Shown here: one piece after another, positions 39,796-47,546 of the stretch
Layout: each line of letters opens with the position of its first letter
How positions within the stretch are numbered: the stretch's first letter is position 1
Source: an uncultured Flavipsychrobacter sp.
GTDB taxonomy: Bacteria; Bacteroidota; Bacteroidia; Chitinophagales; Chitinophagaceae
Direction of reading: 5' to 3'
Length of the DNA stretch: 64,000 bases
Assembly (NCBI GenBank): GCA_964464965.1
Contig: CAYXHM010000001.1
Coordinates: 251,947 to 315,946 of the forward strand
Translations under genes and position numbers: made by a program
The notes under the pieces: generated by a model
What the model was told of the DNA's origin: nothing
Databases searched by the model: none
Seen by the model: only the letters and a program-made list of their open reading frames with translations

Positions 39796-40551
39796 ATGGC
39801 TGTTTTAATATTCTTTGTAGCACATCATTACCTTTCCCTTTTTTCACAAACCTTCTTCCAGCACCGCTATGGGGCGCATGGTGCTTTTAGCATGAGCAAA
39901 GGCTGGGAAAAGTTCTGGTTCATCTTCACGTGGATAACAGAGGGTTCTTCTTACCTGAGCCCGCGTACCTATGCACTGATGCACAGGATGCACCACGCGT
40001 ATGCAGATACGGATAAAGACCCGCACTCTCCCCTGCATTACAAAAATGTATTTGCCATGATGTGGGCCACCAAAACCACCTATACAGATATTTTTGACAG
40101 AAAGTTCCCAATGGAGGAGCGTTTTACCAAAAACCTGCCCGACTGGGATAGCTTTGACAGGATAGCGCATAGCTGGGGGCCACGCCTGCTGTGGGCTGCC
40201 GGCTGCATTACATTCTACGCATTTTTTGCTACGGCATGGTGGCAGTGGCTTTTGCTGCCGATACAATTAGTAATAGGGCCTGTACACGGTGCTATCATCA
40301 ACTGGTATGCGCATAAATATGGCTACAGGAACTTTAAGCTGAAAAGCACGGCGGTAAACCTGCTGCCTGTAGATGTTATCATGCTGGGTGAATCATATCA
40401 TAACAACCACCACAAACGTGCTTCGCACCCCAACTTCGGTATCCGCAAGCACGAGATAGACCCTGTATATCCATTTATCAGGCTGTTTAACGCCATAGGT
40501 ATTATCAAGCTGAAGAAACTACCTACAGAGTTTATAGAGACGGATTTTTAA
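39796..40551 (+). CDS. Acyl-CoA/acyl-lipid fatty acid desaturase
   Basis: Three histidine boxes are present: HRYGAH, HRMHHAYAD and HNNHH. Confidence 0.85.
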   Translation: MAVLIFFVAHHYLSLFSQTFFQHRYGAHGAFSMSKGWEKFWFIFTWITEGSSYLSPRTYALMHRMHHAYADTDKDPHSPLHYKNVFAMMWATKTTYTDIFDRKFPMEERFTKNLPDWDSFDRIAHSWGPRLLWAAGCITFYAFFATAWWQWLLLPIQLVIGPVHGAIINWYAHKYGYRNFKLKSTAVNLLPVDVIMLGESYHNNHHKRASHPNFGIRKHEIDPVYPFIRLFNAIGIIKLKKLPTEFIETDF

Positions 40552-40629
40552 TCAAGGGCCAACTCCTGCAAATAAGCCACTGCTTTCTTTAACCTGCTGC
40601 CGTACCAGCTGAACATTTCGCCATCTACC
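40548..40629 (-). pseudogene. Relic 3' end (last ~26 codons) of the btuF-like gene; direct-repeat copy A
   Basis: The minus strand reads VDGEMFSWYGSRLKKAVAYLQELALD*. The intact gene at 41543..42328 ends VDGEMFSWYGSRLKKAAAYLQELAGQ*. Positions 40561..40629 match 41556..41624 at 67 of 69 nt. Confidence 0.8.
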
Positions 40630-40715
40630 CGGCACAAAGCCGTGCGGCTGTTGTTCATATTAATGAAACGGTTTTGGCATTTAATTATTGTTTTTCAAGT
40701 TCTACCAAAACCGCT

Positions 40716-41516
40716 CTACTTTTCTAATTCCCTAATGGACTGTTGTATCCAGCTACGGTATGCTGTAACATTGCTCCAATTTGAACGGGAACCATAATAA
40801 CCGGCATCAAAACTAATATTAACCCTGTTGCCGCTCGTTATGCCCACCAGGTGATACTTGCCATTGCGCTTCACGAAAAGCCCACCTCCACTATCACCGC
40901 CGTTGGGCATCCCCTCTAATGGTAACATATTGTCCCGGCCACGCAAAGGGCCATCAAAAGTGATATACAACCTTGATAGCCTGCCAGCCAATTCTTCACC
41001 AGCCAAGCTGTCAATAATATTGTGTGCGGCTGTTTTTACATTTATACCTACATCGCCATCTGTCTTGTCAGAAGGGCGCAACCCACCATAGCCAACCATC
41101 GTAACCGTGTCATATACAATTGGGCTCAATGTGTCCATAAGCGCGGCCACCACATCTTCAACATGAACACTAAGCTTCAGCAACAATATATCATGACCTT
41201 TTTGTGGATAAGACCGGTATGCAGACACATCGTACATTTTACCGTTATAGCCTACCTTATATTTGCCTGCATCAATATCGTGCAGTTTCATTACATGCAA
41301 AGCTGTGAGCACATATTTACCGGCTATCAACACACATGAGCCTGAAAGCCTTGGGCTGTCTGTATCTACACTATAAACCCTGCCTATACATGCAAAACCG
41401 GGATGTGTTGCTAACGCCTGGTATTTATCCAGTCCCACGTCATGGCGGTAGATGATGGCCTTTGTTTGAACTGCACACAAACAGACAAGAACCAGGAATG
41501 ACATCAGAAATTTCAT
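40716..41516 (-). CDS. Secreted trypsin-like serine protease (S1 family)
   Basis: Catalytic triad contexts are present: LTALHV (His), HDILLLKL (Asp) and GDSGGGLF (Ser). The signal peptide is MKFLMSFLVLVCLCAVQTKA from ATG 41516 (track start is GTG 41522). Confidence 0.85.
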   Translation of the reverse strand: MKFLMSFLVLVCLCAVQTKAIIYRHDVGLDKYQALATHPGFACIGRVYSVDTDSPRLSGSCVLIAGKYVLTALHVMKLHDIDAGKYKVGYNGKMYDVSAYRSYPQKGHDILLLKLSVHVEDVVAALMDTLSPIVYDTVTMVGYGGLRPSDKTDGDVGINVKTAAHNIIDSLAGEELAGRLSRLYITFDGPLRGRDNMLPLEGMPNGGDSGGGLFVKRNGKYHLVGITSGNRVNISFDAGYYGSRSNWSNVTAYRSWIQQSIRELEK

Positions 41517-41542
41517 ATTCACATAACAGAGATAAAAGGAAT

Positions 41543-42328
41543 TTATTGCCCTGCCAGCTCCTGCAAATAAGCCGCTGCTTTCTTTAACCTGCTGCCGTAC
41601 CAGCTGAACATTTCGCCATCTACCAGCTTCACCTCTGCACCGGGCAGTGTGGCTTTTATTTCAGCAATATGCTCTTCTTTAAATGGATAGGGCTCTGATG
41701 AAAGCAGCACCAGTTCAGGGTTGTAGCCTTTCAGTTCTTCCAGTGTTATTTCAGGGTAGCGGCTGCGGTCTGCCAGTACATTCTGCCAGCCCATGGTTTG
41801 TATCATACTGTGTATAAAGGTATCGTGGCCTATGCTCATCCACGGGTTGCGCCATATAAAGTAGGCTACACGCCTGGGTGTATTTGCCTTGTGCAATTGC
41901 TGAAAGCCCTGCACTATTTCTTCTACCAGCGCATTGGCTTTACCCTCTTGCCCTGTTACCTGCCCCAGGGCCTGTATCATATTCAGCGCACCGGGCAGGT
42001 TGGTAATATCACTCAGCCATACGGGGAATTCTTTAGCCAGCTCTTCTATCTGCTCCTTTGTATTCTCTTCTTTATTGGCGATGATAAGGTCGGGTTTCAA
42101 TTCCCTTATCTTTTCGATGTTCAGCTTTTTGGTGCCCCCTACCCTTGTCTTATTCCTGAACCAGTCTTCCGGGTGTACGCAGAATTTGGTGATGCCCACC
42201 ACCTCAGCATCCAGGCCCAGGTCGTACAGCAGTTCCGTTTGCGAAGGCACAACGCTCACTATACGTTCAGGATAATAATTGAACGTCACCTCGCGGCCCA
42301 TCTGGTCTATCACCATGCGTTGCGGCAT
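41543..42328 (-). CDS. Cobalamin/iron-siderophore type substrate-binding protein (BtuF-like, helical-backbone metal receptor family)
   Basis: RIVSVVPSQTELLYDLGL...VGITKFC...KPDLIIA matches the class III periplasmic binding protein pattern. Confidence 0.7.
   Translation of the reverse strand: MPQRMVIDQMGREVTFNYYPERIVSVVPSQTELLYDLGLDAEVVGITKFCVHPEDWFRNKTRVGGTKKLNIEKIRELKPDLIIANKEENTKEQIEELAKEFPVWLSDITNLPGALNMIQALGQVTGQEGKANALVEEIVQGFQQLHKANTPRRVAYFIWRNPWMSIGHDTFIHSMIQTMGWQNVLADRSRYPEITLEELKGYNPELVLLSSEPYPFKEEHIAEIKATLPGAEVKLVDGEMFSWYGSRLKKAAAYLQELAGQ
41556..41624 (-). repeat. Direct-repeat copy B (inside the 3' end of the intact btuF-like gene)
   Basis: See 40548..40629. The copies are 995 bp apart and bracket the S1 protease gene. 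Confidence 0.85.
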
Positions 42329-42675
42329 CAGTCAAATTTTTTATAGTACAGCAGCAGGATGAATGTAAACACCACATCTGCAGGGAATATCACATCGGTA
42401 AAATTGTTGCGTATCATGGTATCGTCTATCACAAACCTCGCCCAGAGATTGGCCGTGGTAAGGCCCATATAAACAAACACAGCCCACTTGCGCATATCGC
42501 ATATGAGCAGCCAGGCTATGGTGTACAGCAGCATAGTGGCAGTCTGCCCCAGTATAGCATCTTCAGGGGCTGTCATGTCCCTGTACAATATATACACCAG
42601 CAGCCCTATGTGAAACAAGGCTATCAGCGGGAATGCCAGCGGAGGCTTTTGCCAGAAACGTTTTATAAAACCCAT
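42328..42675 (-). CDS. Small 3-TM membrane protein, hypothetical
   Basis: 115 aa and hydrophobic. Its start and stop each overlap the neighbours by 1 nt (TAATG/ATGA type junctions). Confidence 0.6.
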   Translation of the reverse strand: MGFIKRFWQKPPLAFPLIALFHIGLLVYILYRDMTAPEDAILGQTATMLLYTIAWLLICDMRKWAVFVYMGLTTANLWARFVIDDTMIRNNFTDVIFPADVVFTFILLLYYKKFD

Positions 42676-44045
42676 TATTTGCTCAGGGCGTTAATGATAT
42701 CGTACTTGGTCAGTATATGGTACTGGCCGCTGTCGTCCTGCGCCAGCACAGCGCCGTTGTCTTTATTGATGTAGTTGCTCAGCCTGTCCAGTTGCAGCGA
42801 CAGGTCAACCACGGGCAGTGGGTTTTCCATCACATCAGCCACGTTAAAGTCTTTCACGTCGTGGTTGTCTATCATGCGTTTGAACAAGCCCACCTGTGTA
42901 ACAGAACCTGTCAGCTCACCGTTCTTCATCACCGGTATCTGCTCTATATCGTATTTCTTCATCAGGTCGAAGGCCTGGCTTACCTGCGCGTCTTCATCTA
43001 TTGTTACCAGCCTGCGGCGGCCCAGGCCACCCAGCAGGTCTGCTACGGTTTTCACTTCCAGGAAACCGCGGTCCAGCATCCACTCATCATTGTATATCTT
43101 ACCTACATAACGGCTGCCATGGTCGTGGAATATTACTACTACCAGGTCTGTAGGTTTCAGTGTTTCCTTAAGCTGGTGCAGGCCGGCTATGGCGCTGCCC
43201 GCAGAGTAGCCTACAAATATGCCTTCTTCTTTAGTGATTTTACGGGCCATTACAGCACCGTCTTTATCCGTCACCTGGGTGAAATCGTCTATCACCTCGC
43301 GTATATAGTTCTGCGGCAGGAAGTCTTCGCCTATACCCTCAGTTATATAGCTGTGCACCTCGTTCATATCCAGCTCGCCCGTGCGGTGCCATTTGGTCAG
43401 CAATGAGCCATAGCTGTCTATAGCCCACACTTTTATGTTGGGGTTCTTTTCCTTTAAGTACATGCCCGTACCCGTGATGGTACCACCCGTACCCGTAGCT
43501 ACAACAAGGTGTGTTATTTTACCCTCGGTCTGCTCCCATATTTCAGGGCCTGTCTGCTCGTAGTGCGCCAGGCGGTTGGCCAGGTTGTCATACTGGTTTA
43601 CGTACCAGCTGTTGGGCACTTCTTTCGCCAGGCGTTTAGATACCGAGTAGTAAGACCGCGGATCTTCAGGCTCTACATCTGTAGGGCAAACAATCACCTG
43701 CGCGCCAAAGGCTTTCAGTATATCGGCCTTCTCCTTGCTCTGCTTGTCTGTAGTGGTGAAGATACATTTGTACCCGCGTTGTATAGCACCCAGCGCCAGG
43801 CCCATACCTGTATTGCCCGATGTACCTTCTATGATGGTGCCGCCGGGTTTTATCAGTCCTTTTTCCTCTGCCACGTCCAGCATTTTTATGGCCATACGGT
43901 CTTTTATGCTGTTGCCGGGGTTGAAGGAGTCCACCTTGGCATACACGGGGCAGGGCAAGGTACTGGTTACCTTGTTCAGCCTGATAAGGGGTGTGTTGCC
44001 AATGGTTTCGAGGATGCTGTTATAAACCTTTTTATCGGGAGTCAT
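42675..44045 (-). CDS. Cystathionine beta-synthase (PLP-dependent cysteine-synthase fold plus tandem CBS domains)
   Basis: IGNTPLIRL...NPGNSIKDRMA...GTSGNTGMGLA is the PLP fold. The C-terminal ~130 aa is a CBS pair. Confidence 0.85.
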   Translation of the reverse strand: MTPDKKVYNSILETIGNTPLIRLNKVTSTLPCPVYAKVDSFNPGNSIKDRMAIKMLDVAEEKGLIKPGGTIIEGTSGNTGMGLALGAIQRGYKCIFTTTDKQSKEKADILKAFGAQVIVCPTDVEPEDPRSYYSVSKRLAKEVPNSWYVNQYDNLANRLAHYEQTGPEIWEQTEGKITHLVVATGTGGTITGTGMYLKEKNPNIKVWAIDSYGSLLTKWHRTGELDMNEVHSYITEGIGEDFLPQNYIREVIDDFTQVTDKDGAVMARKITKEEGIFVGYSAGSAIAGLHQLKETLKPTDLVVVIFHDHGSRYVGKIYNDEWMLDRGFLEVKTVADLLGGLGRRRLVTIDEDAQVSQAFDLMKKYDIEQIPVMKNGELTGSVTQVGLFKRMIDNHDVKDFNVADVMENPLPVVDLSLQLDRLSNYINKDNGAVLAQDDSGQYHILTKYDIINALSK

Positions 44046-44068
44046 ATCGAGTAAGTTTTCTACGGGTG

Positions 44069-44076
44069 CAAAGGTA
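44069..44076 (-). promoter_or_regulatory. -7 promoter motif (TACCTTTG) for the CBS operon
   Basis: Exact TAnnTTTG match on the minus strand, 24 nt upstream of ATG 44045. Confidence 0.5.
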
Positions 44077-44126
44077 AGTTTTTCATTTTAAGTGGGCTCA
44101 TTCTTCTCAGCCGTACTTATTCATCT

Positions 44127-44189
44127 GTAATATTGTAACTGATAGACCGTAACAAAAAACTATCATTACTATTATGGAAACAAACCATG
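44127..44189 (+). repeat. 63-bp direct repeat, copy 1 (relic 5' UTR plus first 5 codons of the DUF3987 gene)
   Basis: gtaatattgtaactgatagaccgtaacaaaaaactatcattactattatggaaacaaaccatg matches 44950..45012 at 62 of 63 nt. Here the ATG opens only METNHAPLYKYY*. Confidence 0.85.
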
Positions 44190-44392
44190 CACCTCTTTAC
44201 AAATACTATTGAACAAAACTGGTAGCCAAGATAGAAGATATGGTAAGGAGGCCCCCTTTATATATAGGGGCGCTATCGGCATGAATAGTTTTTTTAATGA
44301 CATTATAATAACCCAATCATTTCATAACATATTTAATACGAGAATTATTATATACATTAGCAGTATTCCTAACAATTTAAAAACCAAAAAAC

Positions 44393-44818
44393 ATGAAACA
44401 ATTATTAGTAGCAGCAATTCTGACATTAGCATGCTTTGGTGCAAAAGCCCAGACTCCACTAGACATCTTCAACAACAACGGATGCGAATTTGAAATCAGG
44501 GCGATTTGTATTGACGAAACGGCCCCATGCTCACATACAGTGGTTTCAGGATGGACTACTATCCCAGTTGGTCCTAGTGTTACCCCTTTTAACCACCCGG
44601 GCTGCACTGGAACGGGTGTAATGGGATACGAAGTACGGTATGCCGGTTCATCAGGATGTTCGGCAAGCGTTTTCTTCAGTACCAATCCTGCAACACCATG
44701 CCCCACGTACCCTAATCCACACAACAATCCCGGTCCATGTTCGTGTGGCATGAACCCTAACGGGGCTGACATGGACATTACTGGCGGCGTTGGTGGCATG
44801 TTGACGATACAGCCATAA
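44393..44818 (+). CDS. Small secreted Cys-rich protein (paralog of 651..1133)
   Basis: Signal peptide MKQLLVAAILTLACFGAKAQ. The mature ~120 aa has about 10 Cys. Block similarity to the 651..1133 product: IFNNNGCEFEIRAIC, TTIPVGPSVTP, GYEVRY, PCSCGMNPNG.DMDITGG. Confidence 0.8.
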   Translation: MKQLLVAAILTLACFGAKAQTPLDIFNNNGCEFEIRAICIDETAPCSHTVVSGWTTIPVGPSVTPFNHPGCTGTGVMGYEVRYAGSSGCSASVFFSTNPATPCPTYPNPHNNPGPCSCGMNPNGADMDITGGVGGMLTIQP

Positions 44819-44841
44819 TTATTGATAAACAGATAACAACT

Positions 44842-44868
44842 AAAGCCGGGTAACTACTACCCGGCTTT
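44842..44868 (+). terminator. Terminator of the Cys-rich gene
   Basis: aaagccggg / taactacta / cccggcttt is a perfect 9-bp stem, 24 nt after the stop. Confidence 0.7.
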
Positions 44869-44949
44869 GTTATATAATGTACACAACAGGTTTCCATCCA
44901 CTTTAAAATAATTGCGTAAACAAACTTGCACAATTGTACATATTTATCC

Positions 44950-45012
44950 GTAATATTGTAACTGATAGACCATAACAAAAAACTATCATTACTATTATGG
45001 AAACAAACCATG
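44950..45012 (+). repeat. 63-bp direct repeat, copy 2 (functional 5' end of the DUF3987 gene)
   Basis: See 44127..44189. The copies are 823 bp apart. Confidence 0.85.
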
Positions 45013-46427
45013 AACAAAAGCCCCTGCCAGGGGGAGAAAAGGGGCGTACAATCAACATCCCGCCCGGCACAGACCTGAACAACGGATTACCGCCTGAGCC
45101 CGCACCGCCACCCATTCCAGATTTCCTGCCTATGGAGGATGATATTTTTGACAACCTGCCGCCACTGCTGGGTGTAGCCTGTAGCCGCTTTACAGACAGT
45201 AAAGAGCGCGAAACTTTTCTTATAGGCGCGCTGGGCGTGCTGAGCGGTATGCTGCCCAATGTGCAGGGCAAATATGCCAAACGCATGGTGGGTGCCAATC
45301 TCTATTGCTTTGTGATAGGGCGCTACGGCACGGGCAAGGGCGCACTGCTGTGGGCAAAAGACCTGGGGCAGGTGCTGGACAACTACAAGCAGGAGCAGGC
45401 AAGGCAGGGCGTAGCTGCCTATAACGAGGCGCAGGTGCAGTACAACCGCCAGCTGGCACTCTACAACAAAGGCAAGCTGCCCAACCCGCCCGAAACACCC
45501 AAGCCACCCAAACACCTGAAACTGTACCTGCCGGCCAACACCACCAAAACTGCGGTGATGCAACTGCTGATGGAAAACAACGGCCGCGGCGTGATGTTTG
45601 AAACCGAGGGCGACACACTGGCCGATATGCTGCGGCAGGACTATGGCAACTTCAGCGATGTACTGCGCAAGGCCTACCACCACGAGCCCGTCAGCTACTT
45701 TCGCCGGGCAGACAATGAGGATGTGATGATACCCCACCCCGCACTGAGCGTGGTGCTCAGCGGCACGCAAGACCAGCTGCACCGCCTGCTGCCGGGTATA
45801 GAGAATGGCCTCTTCAGCCGCTTTTGCTTTTACATACTACAGGGCGATGAGGATTTTAAAGACCCTTTTGAAAACGAGGACGATGACCACGATGTGTACT
45901 TTGGCGTACTGGCAGAAAGATTTATGAACATGTACAAACGGCTGGATGCTATGGACGACACCGTGCGCTTTTACCTGCAACCGCACCAGGTGCGCGAGTT
46001 TGTACAGCACTTTAAAAAAGTGAAGAGCGAGATACGTGAGCACATCAGCAGCGACCTTGATGGCAGCATACACCGCATGGGGCTCATCACCTTTCGCATA
46101 GCCATGATACTTACCGCCGTGCGCTTTATAGACAACAACACCAACCGCCTCGGCTGTTCAGACAAAGACTTCCGCAACGCCATAGCCATCAGCCGCCACC
46201 TGGTACACTACACCCTGCATGTGTACGAGGGGTTGCAGTACAGGGAGAAGATGATGCCCAAAGAGGCAGCCATCCCCGACAAAAAACAGCAGATAGAAGA
46301 CGCATGCCGCTGCAACGAAATGGGCATGAGCGTAAGAGAGATAGCAGAGATGGTGCTGGGAACACCGAAGAAACACAGTACCGTTTACTACTGGCTGCAA
46401 AAGTTTTGCGGTAAGAAAAGCGCATGA
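44997..46427 (+). CDS. DUF3987-family protein (mobile-element replication/helicase-like) with C-terminal HTH
   Basis: 476 aa. Contains LPPLL......F....ERETFLIGALGVLSGMLPNV, a P-loop-like VIGRYGTGKGAL, and TEGDTLADML...ALSVVLSGTQDQ, as I recall for DUF3987 proteins of Bacteroidota integrative elements. The C-terminus MSVREIAEMVLGTPKKHSTVYYWLQKF is HTH-like. GC is visibly higher (~55-60% in sampled 60-mers) than the flanks. Confidence 0.7.
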   Translation: METNHEQKPLPGGEKGRTINIPPGTDLNNGLPPEPAPPPIPDFLPMEDDIFDNLPPLLGVACSRFTDSKERETFLIGALGVLSGMLPNVQGKYAKRMVGANLYCFVIGRYGTGKGALLWAKDLGQVLDNYKQEQARQGVAAYNEAQVQYNRQLALYNKGKLPNPPETPKPPKHLKLYLPANTTKTAVMQLLMENNGRGVMFETEGDTLADMLRQDYGNFSDVLRKAYHHEPVSYFRRADNEDVMIPHPALSVVLSGTQDQLHRLLPGIENGLFSRFCFYILQGDEDFKDPFENEDDDHDVYFGVLAERFMNMYKRLDAMDDTVRFYLQPHQVREFVQHFKKVKSEIREHISSDLDGSIHRMGLITFRIAMILTAVRFIDNNTNRLGCSDKDFRNAIAISRHLVHYTLHVYEGLQYREKMMPKEAAIPDKKQQIEDACRCNEMGMSVREIAEMVLGTPKKHSTVYYWLQKFCGKKSA

Positions 46428-46433
46428 TGTGCA

Positions 46434-46473
46434 AAACTGTGCAGTGTGCGAAAATTTGCACACTGCACAGTTT
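46434..46473. repeat. Perfect 16-bp inverted repeat (aaactgtgcagtgtgc N8 gcacactgcacagttt)
   Basis: Read directly from the sequence. It starts 7 nt after the DUF3987 stop codon. Confidence 0.9.
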
Positions 46474-46581
46474 AAAATACTATTTAGCCAACTAAGTGCT
46501 GCTATGAAACATCGTTGTGTCACTCACTTGTACGCCTGTGCTACTATCAGCAATACGCCCACTCCCGTCACAATCTATCCC

Positions 46582-46613
46582 GTCACTGCGAGGAACGAAG
46601 CAGCCTCGCGAAA
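46582..46613. repeat. GC-rich palindromic intergenic repeat, copy 1 (gtcactgcgaggaacgaagcagcctcgcgaaa)
   Basis: Internal hairpin cgcgagg/cctcgcg. It matches 47599..47630 at 29 of 32 nt. Confidence 0.7.
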
Positions 46614-46704
46614 CACCTACTCGCGTACCTGCGGATGCAGATATGTACTGTGGCAATCTTGTCACGCGTGGAATAATACACCTCTAATTAGTAATTTAGG
46701 GGAT

Positions 46705-47442
46705 ATGCAAAAGGTAACCATAAATACTGTAAAAAGAATAGAAGCATTCTTTGATATGGCATATAGGGATTATATAGCCAGTCGTGTTTTGATAAACAAT
46801 GATTATGTTCTGCAAGGAGCAACACTTGCTTCAAGTGCAATCGAAAAATATTTTAAAGCGCTATTAATTGCAATAAACGGAGAAAATAAAAAAGTGCCAA
46901 AGGTACATTTGGATAGACTTGACAACTTAAAAAAACAATTTGAAAACACTGAATACTATAAACTCTTTGAAAAGTTTGATGACAAATTTTTGAATGAACT
47001 TTCAGTTGTTTACCAGTTTCGCTATTATGACAATTTTTCCGAGCCTACATCTGTGGGTTTTTTAGTAAATCAATTTCTAGGCGAACTAGACTACATGGCA
47101 TTTGTTTTCAATAACATCCTAAAGACGTTCGACAATGCAGGGATGGAGAGACCACAAGGGTATTGGATAAACGTAAAGGAGTATAATAAAGACTTATTTA
47201 ACAACAACTTTATCTTAAATAAAGTTCTCAAAGAAGAGTTTATGAATCGGGAAAGTAGTGGTTTTGGTTTTTATATAAATCCTAATACATTAATGCCAAT
47301 TATTCTAACAACCCAAGGCAAAGTAAGACCAGGCACCGACACAACTTTTACGCTAAAAGACGGAGCAAAAAAAATGCCAATTCCTAAATATTCTGGTGAA
47401 ATATTTCTTTTGGAGTTACGTGGCAAAAATGATACCAATTGA
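46705..47442 (+). CDS. Orphan HEPN-like domain protein with uncharacterised C-terminal half
   Basis: ATG 46705 (MQKVTINTVKRIEAFF...). Upstream track residues come from repeat DNA. The N-terminal ~120 aa reads A.RDY.AS..L.....VLQGATLASSAIEKYFKALLIAING....VHLDRL..L...F ... L.ELSVVYQFRYYD. This resembles the classical HEPN helices (QQA.EKALKALL, H.L..L, ..RY.D). GC is ~30-33% in sampled 60-mers. Confidence 0.55.
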   Translation: MQKVTINTVKRIEAFFDMAYRDYIASRVLINNDYVLQGATLASSAIEKYFKALLIAINGENKKVPKVHLDRLDNLKKQFENTEYYKLFEKFDDKFLNELSVVYQFRYYDNFSEPTSVGFLVNQFLGELDYMAFVFNNILKTFDNAGMERPQGYWINVKEYNKDLFNNNFILNKVLKEEFMNRESSGFGFYINPNTLMPIILTTQGKVRPGTDTTFTLKDGAKKMPIPKYSGEIFLLELRGKNDTN

Positions 47443-47546
47443 CATTAACCTCCTGCCCGTGGCAAGATTGCTTCCACCATATCCACCTCCGCAGATACTC
47501 CCTTCGCAATGACGTTTGGTGGTTGTATCGCAATAACGTTTTGCAG

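Noticed and set aside
44046-44126. A SAM or cobalamin riboswitch upstream of the CBS/btuF-like operon.
   Set aside because: A consensus promoter motif sits only 24 nt from the ATG, leaving a ~17-nt 5' UTR. There is no room for a riboswitch aptamer and no conserved SAM-I or B12-box sequence.
45087-45782. 231-aa and 132-aa ORFs antisense to the DUF3987 gene.
   Set aside because: They are a by-product of the locally high GC, which leaves few stop codons. Their composition is Arg/Ala/Gly/Cys-rich, with no start context. The sense strand has the recognisable DUF3987 pattern.
46429-46704. A 92-aa N-terminal extension of the HEPN-like ORF (track start at 46429).
   Set aside because: The extension is translated straight through the palindrome and the GC-rich repeat elements and has a different composition. 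The AT-rich coding region and a plausible start begin at ATG 46705.
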